This document shows, piece by piece, positions 1 to 9,849 of a DNA stretch of 64,000 nucleotides. The DNA is taken from contig CAZAAD010000004.1 of assembly GCA_964483295.1 (NCBI GenBank), positions 10,782 through 74,781 of the forward strand, read 5' to 3'. How positions within the stretch are numbered: position 1 is the first letter of the stretch; every line of letters begins with the position of its first letter. Source of the DNA: an uncultured Gammaproteobacteria bacterium (lineage in GTDB: Bacteria; Patescibacteriota; Patescibacteriia; Patescibacteriales; UBA12465). Made by a program: the position numbers and the translations under genes. Under the pieces are notes generated by a model. It did no database searches. It saw only the letters and a list, made by a program, of their open reading frames with translations, and was not told where the DNA came from.

Positions 1-767
1 TGTAGGCCCTGTTTTACCTCTTTATACTCCAAACCGTCATAACGAATAAACGGGGCTAGGTAAGTATCAAAATTAGCGAATGCTTGGGCCCCAGCAGCCT
101 CACCCTGAAGAGTATAGAAGAAATTGATAATCTGACCCAGTGCGCTTCTAAAATGCTTAGGCGGGTTACTCTGGACCTTCTCACTCACTCCTCTAAAACC
201 TCTAACTAAAATATCTTTTAAATCCCAGCCGCAGCAATAAGGGGCCAACAAGCCAAGGTCATGAATATGAATATCGCCATCAACATGGGCTTTACGAATA
301 TTTTCCGGATAAAGCTTGTTCAACCAGTAACGTGCCGAAATAGCAGAGGCAATGTAATTATTAAGACCCTGCACTGAGAAACTCATATTACTATTCTCTT
401 TTAAGCGCCAATCAGCCTTACCTAAATAATCCTCCATTAATTTCTCATCAGCGGTAGCCGAACTAATATCTCTCAACTGACGATGCTGGTCACGATAGAG
501 AATATACGCTTTAGCAGTTTTAACTTGTCCATTTTCAATTAAAACTTCCTCAACAATATCCTGCACTTCTTCAACAGCTGGAATACTGTTCTTATGGAAC
601 TTCTTATTAATACTCATCACTACCTGATCAGTCAACTTCTTGGCTAGATGTTTATCATCTATCCCGGCTGCCTCGGCGGCCTTATAGATAGCGCGAGCGA
701 TTTTGTCTTGATTGAAATCGACGATATCGCCAGATCTCTTAATGATTTTGCTGATGGTTTCGGACAT
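1..767 (-). CDS. nrdD: anaerobic (class III) ribonucleoside-triphosphate reductase NrdD, N-terminal part; the 3' end runs off the window
   Basis: Not in the ORF track because there is no stop in the window. Reverse translation from the ATG at 767 gives MSETISKIIKRSGDIVDFNQDKIARAIYKAA... (ATP-cone), then ...GDIHIHDLGLLAPYCCGWDL...FYTLQGEAAGAQAF, typical of NrdD. It lies directly downstream of nrdR. Confidence 0.8.
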   Translation of the reverse strand, partial: MSETISKIIKRSGDIVDFNQDKIARAIYKAAEAAGIDDKHLAKKLTDQVVMSINKKFHKNSIPAVEEVQDIVEEVLIENGQVKTAKAYILYRDQHRQLRDISSATADEKLMEDYLGKADWRLKENSNMSFSVQGLNNYIASAISARYWLNKLYPENIRKAHVDGDIHIHDLGLLAPYCCGWDLKDILVRGFRGVSEKVQSNPPKHFRSALGQIINFFYTLQGEAAGAQAFANFDTYLAPFIRYDGLEYKEVKQGL

Positions 768-781
768 AGGTATTCTTTAAA

Positions 782-1243
782 TTATTTATTTTTTTCACTA
801 ATCAGTTTATTAAGCTCTTTCCTAAATTCTTGAGCATCCTTAAAGGATTCATAAACTGAGGCGTAGCGGATATAGGCAATCATATCTAATTTCTTCAAAT
901 TCTTCATTACTGCTTGACCAATCTGACGGGAAGTTATTTCTGTTTTCTTCAAACGCTGCAAATCACGCTCAATTGCATTTACTAAACGACGGAATCTATC
1001 TTCAGTAATCGGACGCTTCTCGCAGGACTTCTTTAGACCGCTTACGAGCTTCTCGCGGCTATAGGATTCACGGCGGCCATCTCTTTTCACTATCACAAGG
1101 TCTAATAATTCAATTTCCTCGTACGTTGAGAAGCGAAAAGAACACTTTAAACACTCGCGGCGGCGGCGGATAGACAGACCATCAGTGGCGACGCGCGAAT
1201 CAACCACCTTAGTATCAGGGTAATAGCAGATTGGACACTTCAT
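782..1243 (-). CDS. nrdR: transcriptional repressor NrdR (zinc ribbon + ATP-cone)
   Basis: MKCPICYYPDTKVVDSR...RRRRECLKCSFRFSTYE zinc ribbon followed by an ATP-cone; 153 aa is the typical size. Confidence 0.92.
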   Translation of the reverse strand: MKCPICYYPDTKVVDSRVATDGLSIRRRRECLKCSFRFSTYEEIELLDLVIVKRDGRRESYSREKLVSGLKKSCEKRPITEDRFRRLVNAIERDLQRLKKTEITSRQIGQAVMKNLKKLDMIAYIRYASVYESFKDAQEFRKELNKLISEKNK

Positions 1244-1267
1244 AAATTATTTAATATTCCTAGGAAA

Positions 1268-1316
1268 AACCACATTTTGTGGACACTTATCTTAACTCAC
1301 CACTAAATATTGTGTC
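1268..1316 (-). promoter_or_regulatory. tandem NrdR boxes upstream of nrdR-nrdD
   Basis: ccacaTTTtgtgg palindrome at 1270-1282 and cactaaatattgtg at 1301-1314 resemble the acaCwAtATaTwgtgt NrdR-box consensus. Their centres are ~31.5 bp apart, about three helical turns. Confidence 0.6.
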
Positions 1317-1412
1317 TGACTTTATTTTAACAAATCTTCAGCTATGGGTCAATTCAGCTAGTTTTAAGATAATTATAAAGTATTTTATAGTTATCCACAG
1401 CGCTTTAAATAA

Positions 1413-1446
1413 TAAAAAACCACCCTCTAACGAGGGTGGTAAAAAA
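1413..1446 (-). terminator. rho-independent terminator after ftsZ
   Basis: 8-bp GC-rich stem ccaccctc / gagggtgg (1420-1427 / 1432-1439) with a 4-nt loop, followed by a T-run on the minus strand. Confidence 0.7.
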
Positions 1447-1495
1447 TCAAGAGCTTAAATTATAATTCTTTTAGCCTAATCTTGAAAGAATATTT

Positions 1496-2692
1496 TTAAC
1501 CCATCTTCTTTCTAATAAAGGCTGGTACGCTCAAGTCATCATCTTCATCATTCAGCATACCTTGATCGGCTTTACGGTTTTCCACAGCCGGTTTTAATGG
1601 TAAATTTTTAAAAACTGAGGAAAATTTATTCTTATTTCTATCCTCCCGGGCCAAATCTTCCTTTTCGGTCTCTTTTTCGGCAATAAACGAATTCCGCGTA
1701 TAAGCTGGCTTCACCGTTTCTGCTTTTTTATTCTGATTACGGTTATCAAAACCAGTAGCTACGACTGTAATCTTAATCTGATCCTTTAATTTTTCATCAA
1801 TCACAGCACCAAAGATAATTTTGGCTTCTTCATCAGCAGCCGCAGTAATAATCTTCGCGGCCTCATTAACTTCAGACATACTCAATTCCGGTCCACCAGT
1901 AACCGTAAAGACGATGCCTCTTGCCCCGTCAATAGACATATCCAACAGATTAGAGTTAATTGCTTGCTTAGCCGCCTCTACAGCTTTATTCTCACCTGAA
2001 GCGACGCCAATGCCCATCAGAGCCGAACCAGCGTTAGACATAACAGTCTTCACATCAGCGAAGTCCGCATTAATCACGCCCGGCACAGTAATAATTTCGG
2101 CAATACCCTGAACTCCCTGACGTAAAACGTCATCAGCAATCTTGAAAGCTTCAAGTAAAGAAGTTTTTTTATCAATTACTTGTAATAATTTGTCATTAGA
2201 AATAGTAATAATCGCATCAACCTTATCAGCTAACTCCGCAAAACCACGGTCAGCGACATTTTTACGCTGTCCGCCTTCAAACATAAAAGGTTTAGTTACG
2301 ACCGCCACTGTTAAAGCGCCTAACTCCTTGGCAATTTTGGCAACTATCGGTGAGGCACCAGTACCAGTACCGCCGCCTAAGCCGCAAGTAACAAACACCA
2401 TATCGCAACCTTTCAAACATTCTTTTAGTTCATTCTCTGTTTCCTCGGCCGCTGCCTTACCTAAATCCGGATTCATCCCCGCTCCTAGGCCGCGAGTTAC
2501 TGCTTTACCAATATGAATCTTTTCGCCAGCTTTATTATGATGTAGAGCCTGAATATCAGTATTAACAGCCACAAAACCAACGCCTTTAACGCCGCTGTCT
2601 ATCATGCGATTCAGGGCGGAATTACCGCCGCCACCAACGCCGACCACTTTGATCTTAGCGAAGGTCTCTATTTCTGGTTTTACTTCAGCCAT
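1496..2692 (-). CDS. ftsZ: cell division GTPase FtsZ
   Basis: KIKVVGVGGGGNSALNRM, GLGAGMNP and GGGTGTGASP tubulin signature motifs; C-terminal DDLSVPAFIRKK tail. Confidence 0.97.
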   Translation of the reverse strand: MAEVKPEIETFAKIKVVGVGGGGNSALNRMIDSGVKGVGFVAVNTDIQALHHNKAGEKIHIGKAVTRGLGAGMNPDLGKAAAEETENELKECLKGCDMVFVTCGLGGGTGTGASPIVAKIAKELGALTVAVVTKPFMFEGGQRKNVADRGFAELADKVDAIITISNDKLLQVIDKKTSLLEAFKIADDVLRQGVQGIAEIITVPGVINADFADVKTVMSNAGSALMGIGVASGENKAVEAAKQAINSNLLDMSIDGARGIVFTVTGGPELSMSEVNEAAKIITAAADEEAKIIFGAVIDEKLKDQIKITVVATGFDNRNQNKKAETVKPAYTRNSFIAEKETEKEDLAREDRNKNKFSSVFKNLPLKPAVENRKADQGMLNDEDDDLSVPAFIRKKMG

Positions 2693-2710
2693 AGTATAAA
2701 ATTTATTTTT

Positions 2711-3970
2711 TTATTTCGGCAAGATGCGATTGAAAAGACCTTTAGCCTTATCAAAAACACCACTCAAATTCTTTTTCAGCTTACCAGAGGAATTTGAGTC
2801 ACCGTCAGCATTGTTCCCCCAAATAACTAAACCTAGCGCGGTTAAGAACTCCGGATTTTTTACCTTATCAATCACTACGCTAATATTCTTAGCCAGGCCA
2901 ATAGCCGCTGGTAGGCGTAACTTCTTTTTAGCAGATTCTACCAAGCCGTCAAGCTCGCAGCCACCACCGACAAAGATAACCCCCGCCGGCAACATACCGG
3001 AACGATCAATTTTTCTAAATTCATTATCTACCTTATCAAATATTTCCTCCACCCGAGCGCCAATTATTTCCGCAACATACTTTTTAGAAATAGTTCTAAT
3101 ATCATCATTAACCTCCTCTTCTTTAACAAGCGTCGAAATATCAATTTCATCCTCATGCTTATCTTCCGGCGCAATAGCACTACCATACTCTCGTTTAATT
3201 CTTTCGGCCAAGTTAATTGGGCAACGTAAACCAATGGCAACGTCGGCTGTAATATGTTCAGCGCCAATCGGTAAAATAGCCGTATGAATTAAATTCCTTT
3301 CTTCATAGATAGCTAAGGAAGTAGTAGAAGAGCCTAAATTAACTAAAGCGACGCCTAGCTCTTTCTGTTTAGAACTAACAACGGCTTCGGCTGCGGCCAG
3401 TGGAGCCAAGACTAAATCTTCTATCTCTAAACCAGTGCGATATATCGCCTTGGTTAAATTTTTAATTTGTGTACTTAAGCCCTGGATAATCAAAGTTTCA
3501 ACTTCTAGTCTGATACCATTCATGCCAATCGGGTCTTTTACATCAGCCTGATTATCAACGCTAAATTTAATCGGAATAACATGCAAAATTTCATAATTAA
3601 CCGGAACAGCTAAGGCTCGCGCTGCTTCAATTGCACGATTAACATCATTATCACCAATTTCACCATCACTGCGACTAACGGCCACTACGCCCTTAGAGCG
3701 TTCACATTTTATATGCGGATCATTAATGCCAACCCAAACCCGGCTAATCGGCACGCCGACTAATCTTTCTGCCTTTTCTAAAACAGCAGAAATCGAAGAG
3801 GTTGTCTCTTCGATACTATTAACTATTCCGCGATTTACTCCGGCTGTCGGCCCAGACACCGCTCCAATGATTTGCAGTTCATCACCGGCTATGCCCGCGA
3901 TCTTCTGTCCGATTACTAAACGGATGGAAGTCGATCCGATATCCAAGCCGGCGATAATGTTATCCTTCAT
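2711..3970 (-). CDS. ftsA: cell division protein FtsA (actin-like ATPase)
   Basis: MKDNIIAGLDIGSTSIRLV... and ...GVIFVGGGCELDGL, immediately upstream of ftsZ. The ORF-track start at 4021 is a TTG extension, so I use the ATG at 3970. Confidence 0.9.
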   Translation of the reverse strand: MKDNIIAGLDIGSTSIRLVIGQKIAGIAGDELQIIGAVSGPTAGVNRGIVNSIEETTSSISAVLEKAERLVGVPISRVWVGINDPHIKCERSKGVVAVSRSDGEIGDNDVNRAIEAARALAVPVNYEILHVIPIKFSVDNQADVKDPIGMNGIRLEVETLIIQGLSTQIKNLTKAIYRTGLEIEDLVLAPLAAAEAVVSSKQKELGVALVNLGSSTTSLAIYEERNLIHTAILPIGAEHITADVAIGLRCPINLAERIKREYGSAIAPEDKHEDEIDISTLVKEEEVNDDIRTISKKYVAEIIGARVEEIFDKVDNEFRKIDRSGMLPAGVIFVGGGCELDGLVESAKKKLRLPAAIGLAKNISVVIDKVKNPEFLTALGLVIWGNNADGDSNSSGKLKKNLSGVFDKAKGLFNRILPK

Positions 3971-4038
3971 ATTGATTGGCGAGTTGCTCGTACATATAAA
4001 AATACGGCAATATTTTCTCAATATTATTTACTGTTAAT

Positions 4039-4067
4039 ATTATACAAAATTTATAAGATTTTAACAA
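4039..4067 (-). promoter_or_regulatory. sigma70-type promoter for ftsA-ftsZ
   Basis: On the minus strand: TTGTTA (4067-4062), 17-bp spacer, TATAAT (4044-4039). Confidence 0.5.
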
Positions 4068-4069
4068 TT

Positions 4070-4834
4070 CTAAAACAGACCAGAATACCAAGCTAAAATC
4101 TTTTCTCCGTAAATTAGGGTAATAATAGCACCAAAAGACAAAAACGGACCGAGTGCTATTTTTGATTTCCATCCCCGCTGACGACCAAGCAGCAAAATTC
4201 CACTAAAAATTGCCCCTACAAAATAAGCTAAAATTAAAGCGAGCGCCAATAGTCCGCCCTCCGGCAAAGCCACGCCGATTAAAAGTCCAAGCCAAATATC
4301 GCCTTCACCGAGGCCACGTTTAGCGGTCGCAAAATATTGAATCAAGAAAAAAGAGGTTCCCACGGCACCAAATAAAAGAATTTCCTGCCAAGGATAACCA
4401 AGAAAAAGACTAATGCCAGCCGCAACAATAATCATTGGCCAAACTATTAACATCGGCACCATCTGCCAGCGGAAGTCATAAACAAATACTATTAAAAAAG
4501 TAATAATCAACAACCAATTACGCGCCAAGAGCAAGGGCATATCAGGCACATGAGCAACAGCAATAAAAGATAAGGCAAATAAAAGGCTAGTAAAAAATTC
4601 TACCAGCGGGTACTGCCAAGATATTTGCTCTTGGCAATGGCGACAACGGCCTCGTAAAATAATAAAACTTAAAAGCGGTATATTATCATACCAAGCAATC
4701 TGCTTAGAGCACTTAGGACAATAAGAGCGCCCCATCATGCTTTCTTCTTTATAAATACGCCAAACCAAACAATTCAAAAAACTGCCGATAATTAAACCAA
4801 GCAAAGCAGAAATAATAATAAAAAAATAATCCAT
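4070..4834 (-). CDS. pilD: prepilin peptidase / N-methyltransferase (A24 family, PilD-like)
   Basis: GSFLNCLVWR, then CPKCSKQI...CRHCQEQI zinc pairs and a polytopic membrane core with GEGDIWLG. The ATG at 4834 is preferred over the GTG at 4840. Confidence 0.88.
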   Translation of the reverse strand: MDYFFIIISALLGLIIGSFLNCLVWRIYKEESMMGRSYCPKCSKQIAWYDNIPLLSFIILRGRCRHCQEQISWQYPLVEFFTSLLFALSFIAVAHVPDMPLLLARNWLLIITFLIVFVYDFRWQMVPMLIVWPMIIVAAGISLFLGYPWQEILLFGAVGTSFFLIQYFATAKRGLGEGDIWLGLLIGVALPEGGLLALALILAYFVGAIFSGILLLGRQRGWKSKIALGPFLSFGAIITLIYGEKILAWYSGLF

Positions 4835-4885
4835 AGACACAACTGTTCTTCTTTATAATAACTGGCACTAACCGAATAATCAAGA

Positions 4886-7228
4886 CTACTGATTAAACTT
4901 AAGACGTAAACTTTCTATTTCTGAAAGTGAGCTAGCTGGGGCAATTTTTTCTGCTTCATCTAAGCGCCCTAAAGCATCAGAAATATTATTATTTTCAAAA
5001 TATAAAACTGCTAAGGCGATATGCCAACTAACATCGCGTGGATTAGCCGCTAAACCGCGCCGAACATATTTAATAGCGGTATCTAGGTCACCCTGCAAAT
5101 AATAACAATCAGCAATTTTTTTAAATATGGAATAATCTTCAGGACGATAGCGAAAGGCTGCTTGAAAAAACATTTCCGCGCGACCATAATTTCCCTGTTT
5201 AAAATAACCCTCTGCTAAGCTAGCATACATCAAAAACTTATAATTAGCGACCACACGACGATGGGAAGAGTTAATTTTATCACCGTCTGGGTCCGGAAGA
5301 TTTAAATCCGCTATTTGATAATATTTTTCTGCCTCCGTTAACTTTCCTTGTTTTGCTAAATAATGGCCTCTTTCTAAGTAGCCGCGCGGCCATTCTGGGG
5401 CTAATTGTTCTAAAAGGTTAAAATATTTTTCCGTATTATCACTGTCAGCTAAACAAGCAAAGGCAGTAGCTTTAAATAAAATATTTTCATAACCGCTATC
5501 TGGTAGAGCATTAATAATAATTTTTAATTTATCTTTCAAAATTTTTTCCTCGCCTAAGTCTTGAAAGCTCCCATAAAGACAGTAACTAACTATTTGCGAA
5601 CCTAAATAATAATCATAGTGCTCTCTTAGAACCGGATTAATATCTAGAGCGCTAATTTCTGAACGAAAAACCACTGCCTCAATAAATTCTCTATTCTCAA
5701 CGGCAATAAAAATTTTATTTTTAAAATAATCTGCCATTAAAACCTGAAGACTTAGAGCCATTTGCCAAAGAGATAACAATACCACTAAAGCTAAAATAAT
5801 AATGCTGACCCATTTAGTATTTACTTTTTCAGGTTTTAGCTCTGCCTGTCTGCCCTCATCATCTGCAGCACGATTAGTAACCATAGTCAGCAGAATGGCT
5901 AACAAAGACCAATAATAAACTTCACCCGCAACAATGGCAAAACTGAAAAATAGAGAGGTTAAATAAGCAAACGCTCCTAAAAATAAAGCAATGATTAAAG
6001 GTTTATTGTGGCCGCTCTTAAGCTCCTGCCAACTAAGACGAAAGTAGTAATAATAAAACATCACCAATAAACATAAGCCCCAAAACCCAGCCGATATTAA
6101 AATATCTAAAAAAATATTATGTGCTCTATCGGTATTAGAGCTAACGTCACCATAGATGCCCCAATCGCGCTCATAATATTTAATAAAAACCTCACTCCCG
6201 TTTTCCAGACCGTATCCGAATATTGGTCTCTCCAAGATAGCGTCAGCCGAAGCTTGAAAGAAAAAAACACGTGAAGCAAAGCTGCCACGCGTCGGATCAA
6301 AAGATTCTTTAACGCGCCCAGGTGTCACTAATTCTAAAGCGGCTAAACTAGTAAATCCTAAAAATATAACCGCCGCCACTAAACTAATTTTTACGCGCCT
6401 AGATAAAGAGGAGGAAGAAAAAAGTAAATAAATTGCTAAAAGAGCCAGCATAGTCAAAAAAGCCAAGAGGCCTCCACGGCTAGATGTAAAAAACAAGCAA
6501 GCAAGCTGTACTATTAATAAAATTAGATAAGCTGACTTAACAAAGAAATGTTTACCGCTGTACATCAAATAAGCTGTCAGAGGTAGGCCTAAAAGCAAGA
6601 AGGAGGCTAAAAAATTAGGCTGACCTAAAGAAGCTAGGGCTCTTCCTGTTAGATATGGCTGTTCTGGCCATTCTAAAAAATCAAAACCCATAATTTGCAG
6701 GACTCCATATAAAGCTACTAATGAAGTAGAAATTACCATTGTTAACACTAAACGCTTAACTCGGCGCCAAACAATTGATTTGTTCTCTAATGCTGTCTTT
6801 TTTTCCGAAGACCACAACAGATTAATCACTAATAAAACCGACCATAGAAAATAAGTTGCTTGGCTCATTAGGCCCTCTTGACGATCATAAGAACCAAAAA
6901 AACTTTGTTGCCAGTCAAGAGAAAAAAATAAAGATACAGCCAAACCCGCTAGAAACAAAAACGGAATCAAAAATAATTTAGTTATTTTCAAAAAAGAAGA
7001 TCCTATTTTTTGCCGACAAAACCCAAGCCTTATAGCGGTAAGAGCTAATAAAAACCACACTAAAAAACGAAAAACTGACAATTTACTGAGTTCGAACATG
7101 TTAAAGCTGGGGAAAAAATAAGCAAACCAGACAGGAATTAAAAAAACGGCTAATAAATAGGTCGTTTCTACCGCCAGCTCCAAGGCTCTTAATTTTGTTA
7201 TTTTTAGAGAAGTAAAAAAAGGTTTCAT
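4886..7228 (-). CDS. polytopic membrane protein with an O-antigen ligase/Wzy_C-like domain and C-terminal TPR repeats
   Basis: About 12 hydrophobic segments. FFTSSRGGLLAF and TDRAHNIFLDILISAGFWGL resemble Wzy_C/O-antigen ligase motifs. The C-terminal 250 aa has TPR-like repeats (YYQIADLN..., YFKQGNYGRAEMFFQAAF..., YYLQGDLDTAIKY...). Confidence 0.7.
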   Translation of the reverse strand: MKPFFTSLKITKLRALELAVETTYLLAVFLIPVWFAYFFPSFNMFELSKLSVFRFLVWFLLALTAIRLGFCRQKIGSSFLKITKLFLIPFLFLAGLAVSLFFSLDWQQSFFGSYDRQEGLMSQATYFLWSVLLVINLLWSSEKKTALENKSIVWRRVKRLVLTMVISTSLVALYGVLQIMGFDFLEWPEQPYLTGRALASLGQPNFLASFLLLGLPLTAYLMYSGKHFFVKSAYLILLIVQLACLFFTSSRGGLLAFLTMLALLAIYLLFSSSSLSRRVKISLVAAVIFLGFTSLAALELVTPGRVKESFDPTRGSFASRVFFFQASADAILERPIFGYGLENGSEVFIKYYERDWGIYGDVSSNTDRAHNIFLDILISAGFWGLCLLVMFYYYYFRLSWQELKSGHNKPLIIALFLGAFAYLTSLFFSFAIVAGEVYYWSLLAILLTMVTNRAADDEGRQAELKPEKVNTKWVSIIILALVVLLSLWQMALSLQVLMADYFKNKIFIAVENREFIEAVVFRSEISALDINPVLREHYDYYLGSQIVSYCLYGSFQDLGEEKILKDKLKIIINALPDSGYENILFKATAFACLADSDNTEKYFNLLEQLAPEWPRGYLERGHYLAKQGKLTEAEKYYQIADLNLPDPDGDKINSSHRRVVANYKFLMYASLAEGYFKQGNYGRAEMFFQAAFRYRPEDYSIFKKIADCYYLQGDLDTAIKYVRRGLAANPRDVSWHIALAVLYFENNNISDALGRLDEAEKIAPASSLSEIESLRLKFNQ

Positions 7229-7239
7229 GCCTTATATTA

Positions 7240-7274
7240 TAACAAACAAAGAAGCCGGTGGGAACCGGCTTCTT
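7240..7274 (-). terminator. rho-independent terminator after secF
   Basis: 11-bp stem aagaagccggt / accggcttctt (7249-7259 / 7264-7274) with a 4-nt loop, followed by a T-rich tract on the minus strand. Confidence 0.65.
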
Positions 7275-7302
7275 GGGGAAAGTATCTTAAAGATTTATTT
7301 AA

Positions 7303-8214
7303 CTAGGCTTTGCGACCCATGAGTTTGTGCCAAATAACTAATAAGGGGCTAGCAACAAAAATGGAGCTATAAGTACCGATAAAGACACCAATCAGCAAGG
7401 CTAAGGCAAAGTCACGAATTGTGCTGCCGCCAAAAGCAAAAATAGCTAAAAGCGCGAGCATGGTTGAGATTGAGGTATTGATGGAACGGTTAATAGTCTG
7501 ATTAATACTAGTATTTACTGTATTTTCAAAATCTTCATGACTCTTAGGTAAATTCTCGCGCACGCGGTCAAAAACAATAATAGTATCGTTAATACTATAA
7601 CCTAACACCGTCAGAATAGCAGCAATAAACGGCGTATTTATTTCAATGTTATAAAAATGACCTAAAACAGCAAACGCGCCTAAAGTAATAAGAACATCAT
7701 GCGCTAAAGCAATAATTGCGGCGACGCCATATTTCCAAGAAGCGACCGGACGAGATACTCTGCGAAAAACTAAGGAAATATAAATAATAATCATGATTAA
7801 AACTATCACTGAAGCGTTGAAAGATTTGCTCTTTAATTCAGCACCGATTGAAGGGCCGACTAAATCTAAACGTAACTGCTTAAAAGAAGCATTCTCTTGC
7901 TTGGCTGCTAACTGCTCTAACTGACCTAAGACGGCCTGATGCGATTCCTCTGAGGTCTCTTTAAAACGAAGGATGAAGGTGCTTTCTTCAGTTGGCTGCA
8001 CTGTTAAATTATTAACATTAGCCGCTCTGGCAGCGTCCTGAATTTCGGTGATCGCCGGCTGATAGCCGGAGAATTCCGCCTCTAGCAGACTTCCTCCACT
8101 AAAATCAACTCCAAAGTTCAAACCCCACATTGATAAAAAAACGATGGCGGCTGTTACTAAAATCCCAGAGATTGCTAGGAAAATATTTCTTTTTTGAATT
8201 ATCCGATAAGTCAT
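7303..8214 (-). CDS. secF: protein translocase subunit SecF
   Basis: 303 aa with a six-TM SecDF-type C-terminal core (INDTIIVFDRVREN), directly downstream of secD. Confidence 0.9.
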   Translation of the reverse strand: MTYRIIQKRNIFLAISGILVTAAIVFLSMWGLNFGVDFSGGSLLEAEFSGYQPAITEIQDAARAANVNNLTVQPTEESTFILRFKETSEESHQAVLGQLEQLAAKQENASFKQLRLDLVGPSIGAELKSKSFNASVIVLIMIIIYISLVFRRVSRPVASWKYGVAAIIALAHDVLITLGAFAVLGHFYNIEINTPFIAAILTVLGYSINDTIIVFDRVRENLPKSHEDFENTVNTSINQTINRSINTSISTMLALLAIFAFGGSTIRDFALALLIGVFIGTYSSIFVASPLLVIWHKLMGRKA

Positions 8215-8244
8215 ATATTTTTATTTGCTCTTAGTTTCTTATGG

Positions 8245-9849
8245 TTATTCCTTAATATTCTTAACTCCTAGCAACCAGCGTCTTTTGTCTAACCAATCAC
8301 CTAGAGAAACAATGGTTAAAATTCTAGTAATTACAATGGCACTGAACAAGGAAACAACAATACCAATAAATAAAGTCGTACCAAATCCTTGTACCGAGGA
8401 GGTGCCAAAGAACATCAAAATCAAACAAGTAATTAAAGTAGAAATATTACCATCACGAATTGAGGGCCAGGCGCGACGGAAACCGTCAGATAGAGACTGG
8501 CTAATAGACTTTCCCTGTTTAAGTTCTTCCTTCATGCGGGAAAAGATTAAAATATTAGCATCAACCGCCATGCCTAAAGATAGAATTAAACCGGCAATTC
8601 CGGATAGCGATAAGGTAATCGGCTGTAGGGCATAAAAGAAAAGCAGTACGCCAATGACCACAAACAACAAGGCTAAGGAGCCATCAAAAACTTTAAGCTC
8701 ATTAAATGTGTAGAAAATTAAGGCAATCATGATAAATATCATTGGCAGGGCAATGAAAATCGGAATGGCCTTAAAAATAGCAAGCATAACCACACCATAA
8801 GCTGCCAAAGAAAAGACAGAAAGTAAGCCAGGCAACCGATAAACTATAATCATGAAAATAGAAACCAATAACAAACCAATTAAACCAGCCTGAAGACTGT
8901 TATCAACTGATTTAGCCCCTAAACTAGCCTCAACTGTTTTTTGTGAGACCAAAGAAATCGGTACTGGTAAGGCACCAGAATTTAAACGCTTAACTAATAG
9001 CTTAGCTTCTTCAATATTGAACTGACCAGAGATAACTGCCTGCCCGCCAGTAATTTTTTCATTAACTGTCGGGGCGCTAATTATATAACCATCAAGAAAA
9101 ATAGCGACTGGCTGACCAACATTTCGAGCAGTAATATCTTCAAACATTTGTGCGCCCTCAGAGTTGAACTCTAAAGAAACTTCCGGTGTGCCATCATTAG
9201 GATTAAATTGGAGAACGGCGCGCTTTAAATATTTTCCAGTTAACTCCGTATTCTGCCACAAATCTTCTGGATTCAAATTTAAGGCCACGGCGCCATCAGT
9301 CGCAGTCACTTCAGTAGTAGTAGCTGACTCTCCTTCAGTCGAAGCTGGGGCTGCCTCTAGGGACTCGTTAATAGCAGCTGTATTCTGTTCTTTAAATTCT
9401 AAAATCGGAGTTTCACCAATCATCTGAATAGCTTCTTCCACGTCCTTTACGCCGGCTAGCTCAGCAATAATACGATATTCACCATTCGCCCCCTTATTAA
9501 CCTGGACTAACGGTTCGCTCACGCCAAAAGTATTAACCCGGCGCTCAATAACATCACGAGCAGATTCCATCGCTCCGGCACGATCAGCCTCGGCAATTTT
9601 CGTAACATCAGCTTCATAAATTAACTGAGTTCCTCCTTGTAAATCTAAGCCGAGATTAAACGGCAAATCTTTAACGATTGGTAAGACCACAATATTATTG
9701 GTCTTAGCCGCTAAAAATTTAGCAAACTGATTGTATTGATAGCCGCCGGCAATAATGGCCGCCGTCAAAACAAACAAGGCAATTAAACCGAGAACCCAGC
9801 GCGTCTTAGCCTTCAGAGACATCTTGGCAAGTTTTTGTGAGAATGACAT
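8245..9849 (-). CDS. secD: protein translocase subunit SecD
   Basis: N-terminal TM, large periplasmic-type domain (LGLDLQGGTQLIYEAD) and C-terminal SecDF core (GMAVDANILIFSRMKEE). Confidence 0.9.
   Translation of the reverse strand: MSFSQKLAKMSLKAKTRWVLGLIALFVLTAAIIAGGYQYNQFAKFLAAKTNNIVVLPIVKDLPFNLGLDLQGGTQLIYEADVTKIAEADRAGAMESARDVIERRVNTFGVSEPLVQVNKGANGEYRIIAELAGVKDVEEAIQMIGETPILEFKEQNTAAINESLEAAPASTEGESATTTEVTATDGAVALNLNPEDLWQNTELTGKYLKRAVLQFNPNDGTPEVSLEFNSEGAQMFEDITARNVGQPVAIFLDGYIISAPTVNEKITGGQAVISGQFNIEEAKLLVKRLNSGALPVPISLVSQKTVEASLGAKSVDNSLQAGLIGLLLVSIFMIIVYRLPGLLSVFSLAAYGVVMLAIFKAIPIFIALPMIFIMIALIFYTFNELKVFDGSLALLFVVIGVLLFFYALQPITLSLSGIAGLILSLGMAVDANILIFSRMKEELKQGKSISQSLSDGFRRAWPSIRDGNISTLITCLILMFFGTSSVQGFGTTLFIGIVVSLFSAIVITRILTIVSLGDWLDKRRWLLGVKNIKE

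Noticed and set aside
648-833. 61-aa + strand ORF from the track.
   Set aside because: It lies antisense across the nrdD start and the nrdR 3' end, which both have strong family motifs. It has low-complexity composition and no start context.
1821-4037. Several + strand ORFs (96-187 aa) inside ftsZ and ftsA, and a 67-aa ORF in an alternative frame on the minus strand.
   Set aside because: They are antisense or off-frame shadows of well-supported genes. Their S/P/A-rich compositions are typical of reverse-strand readthrough.
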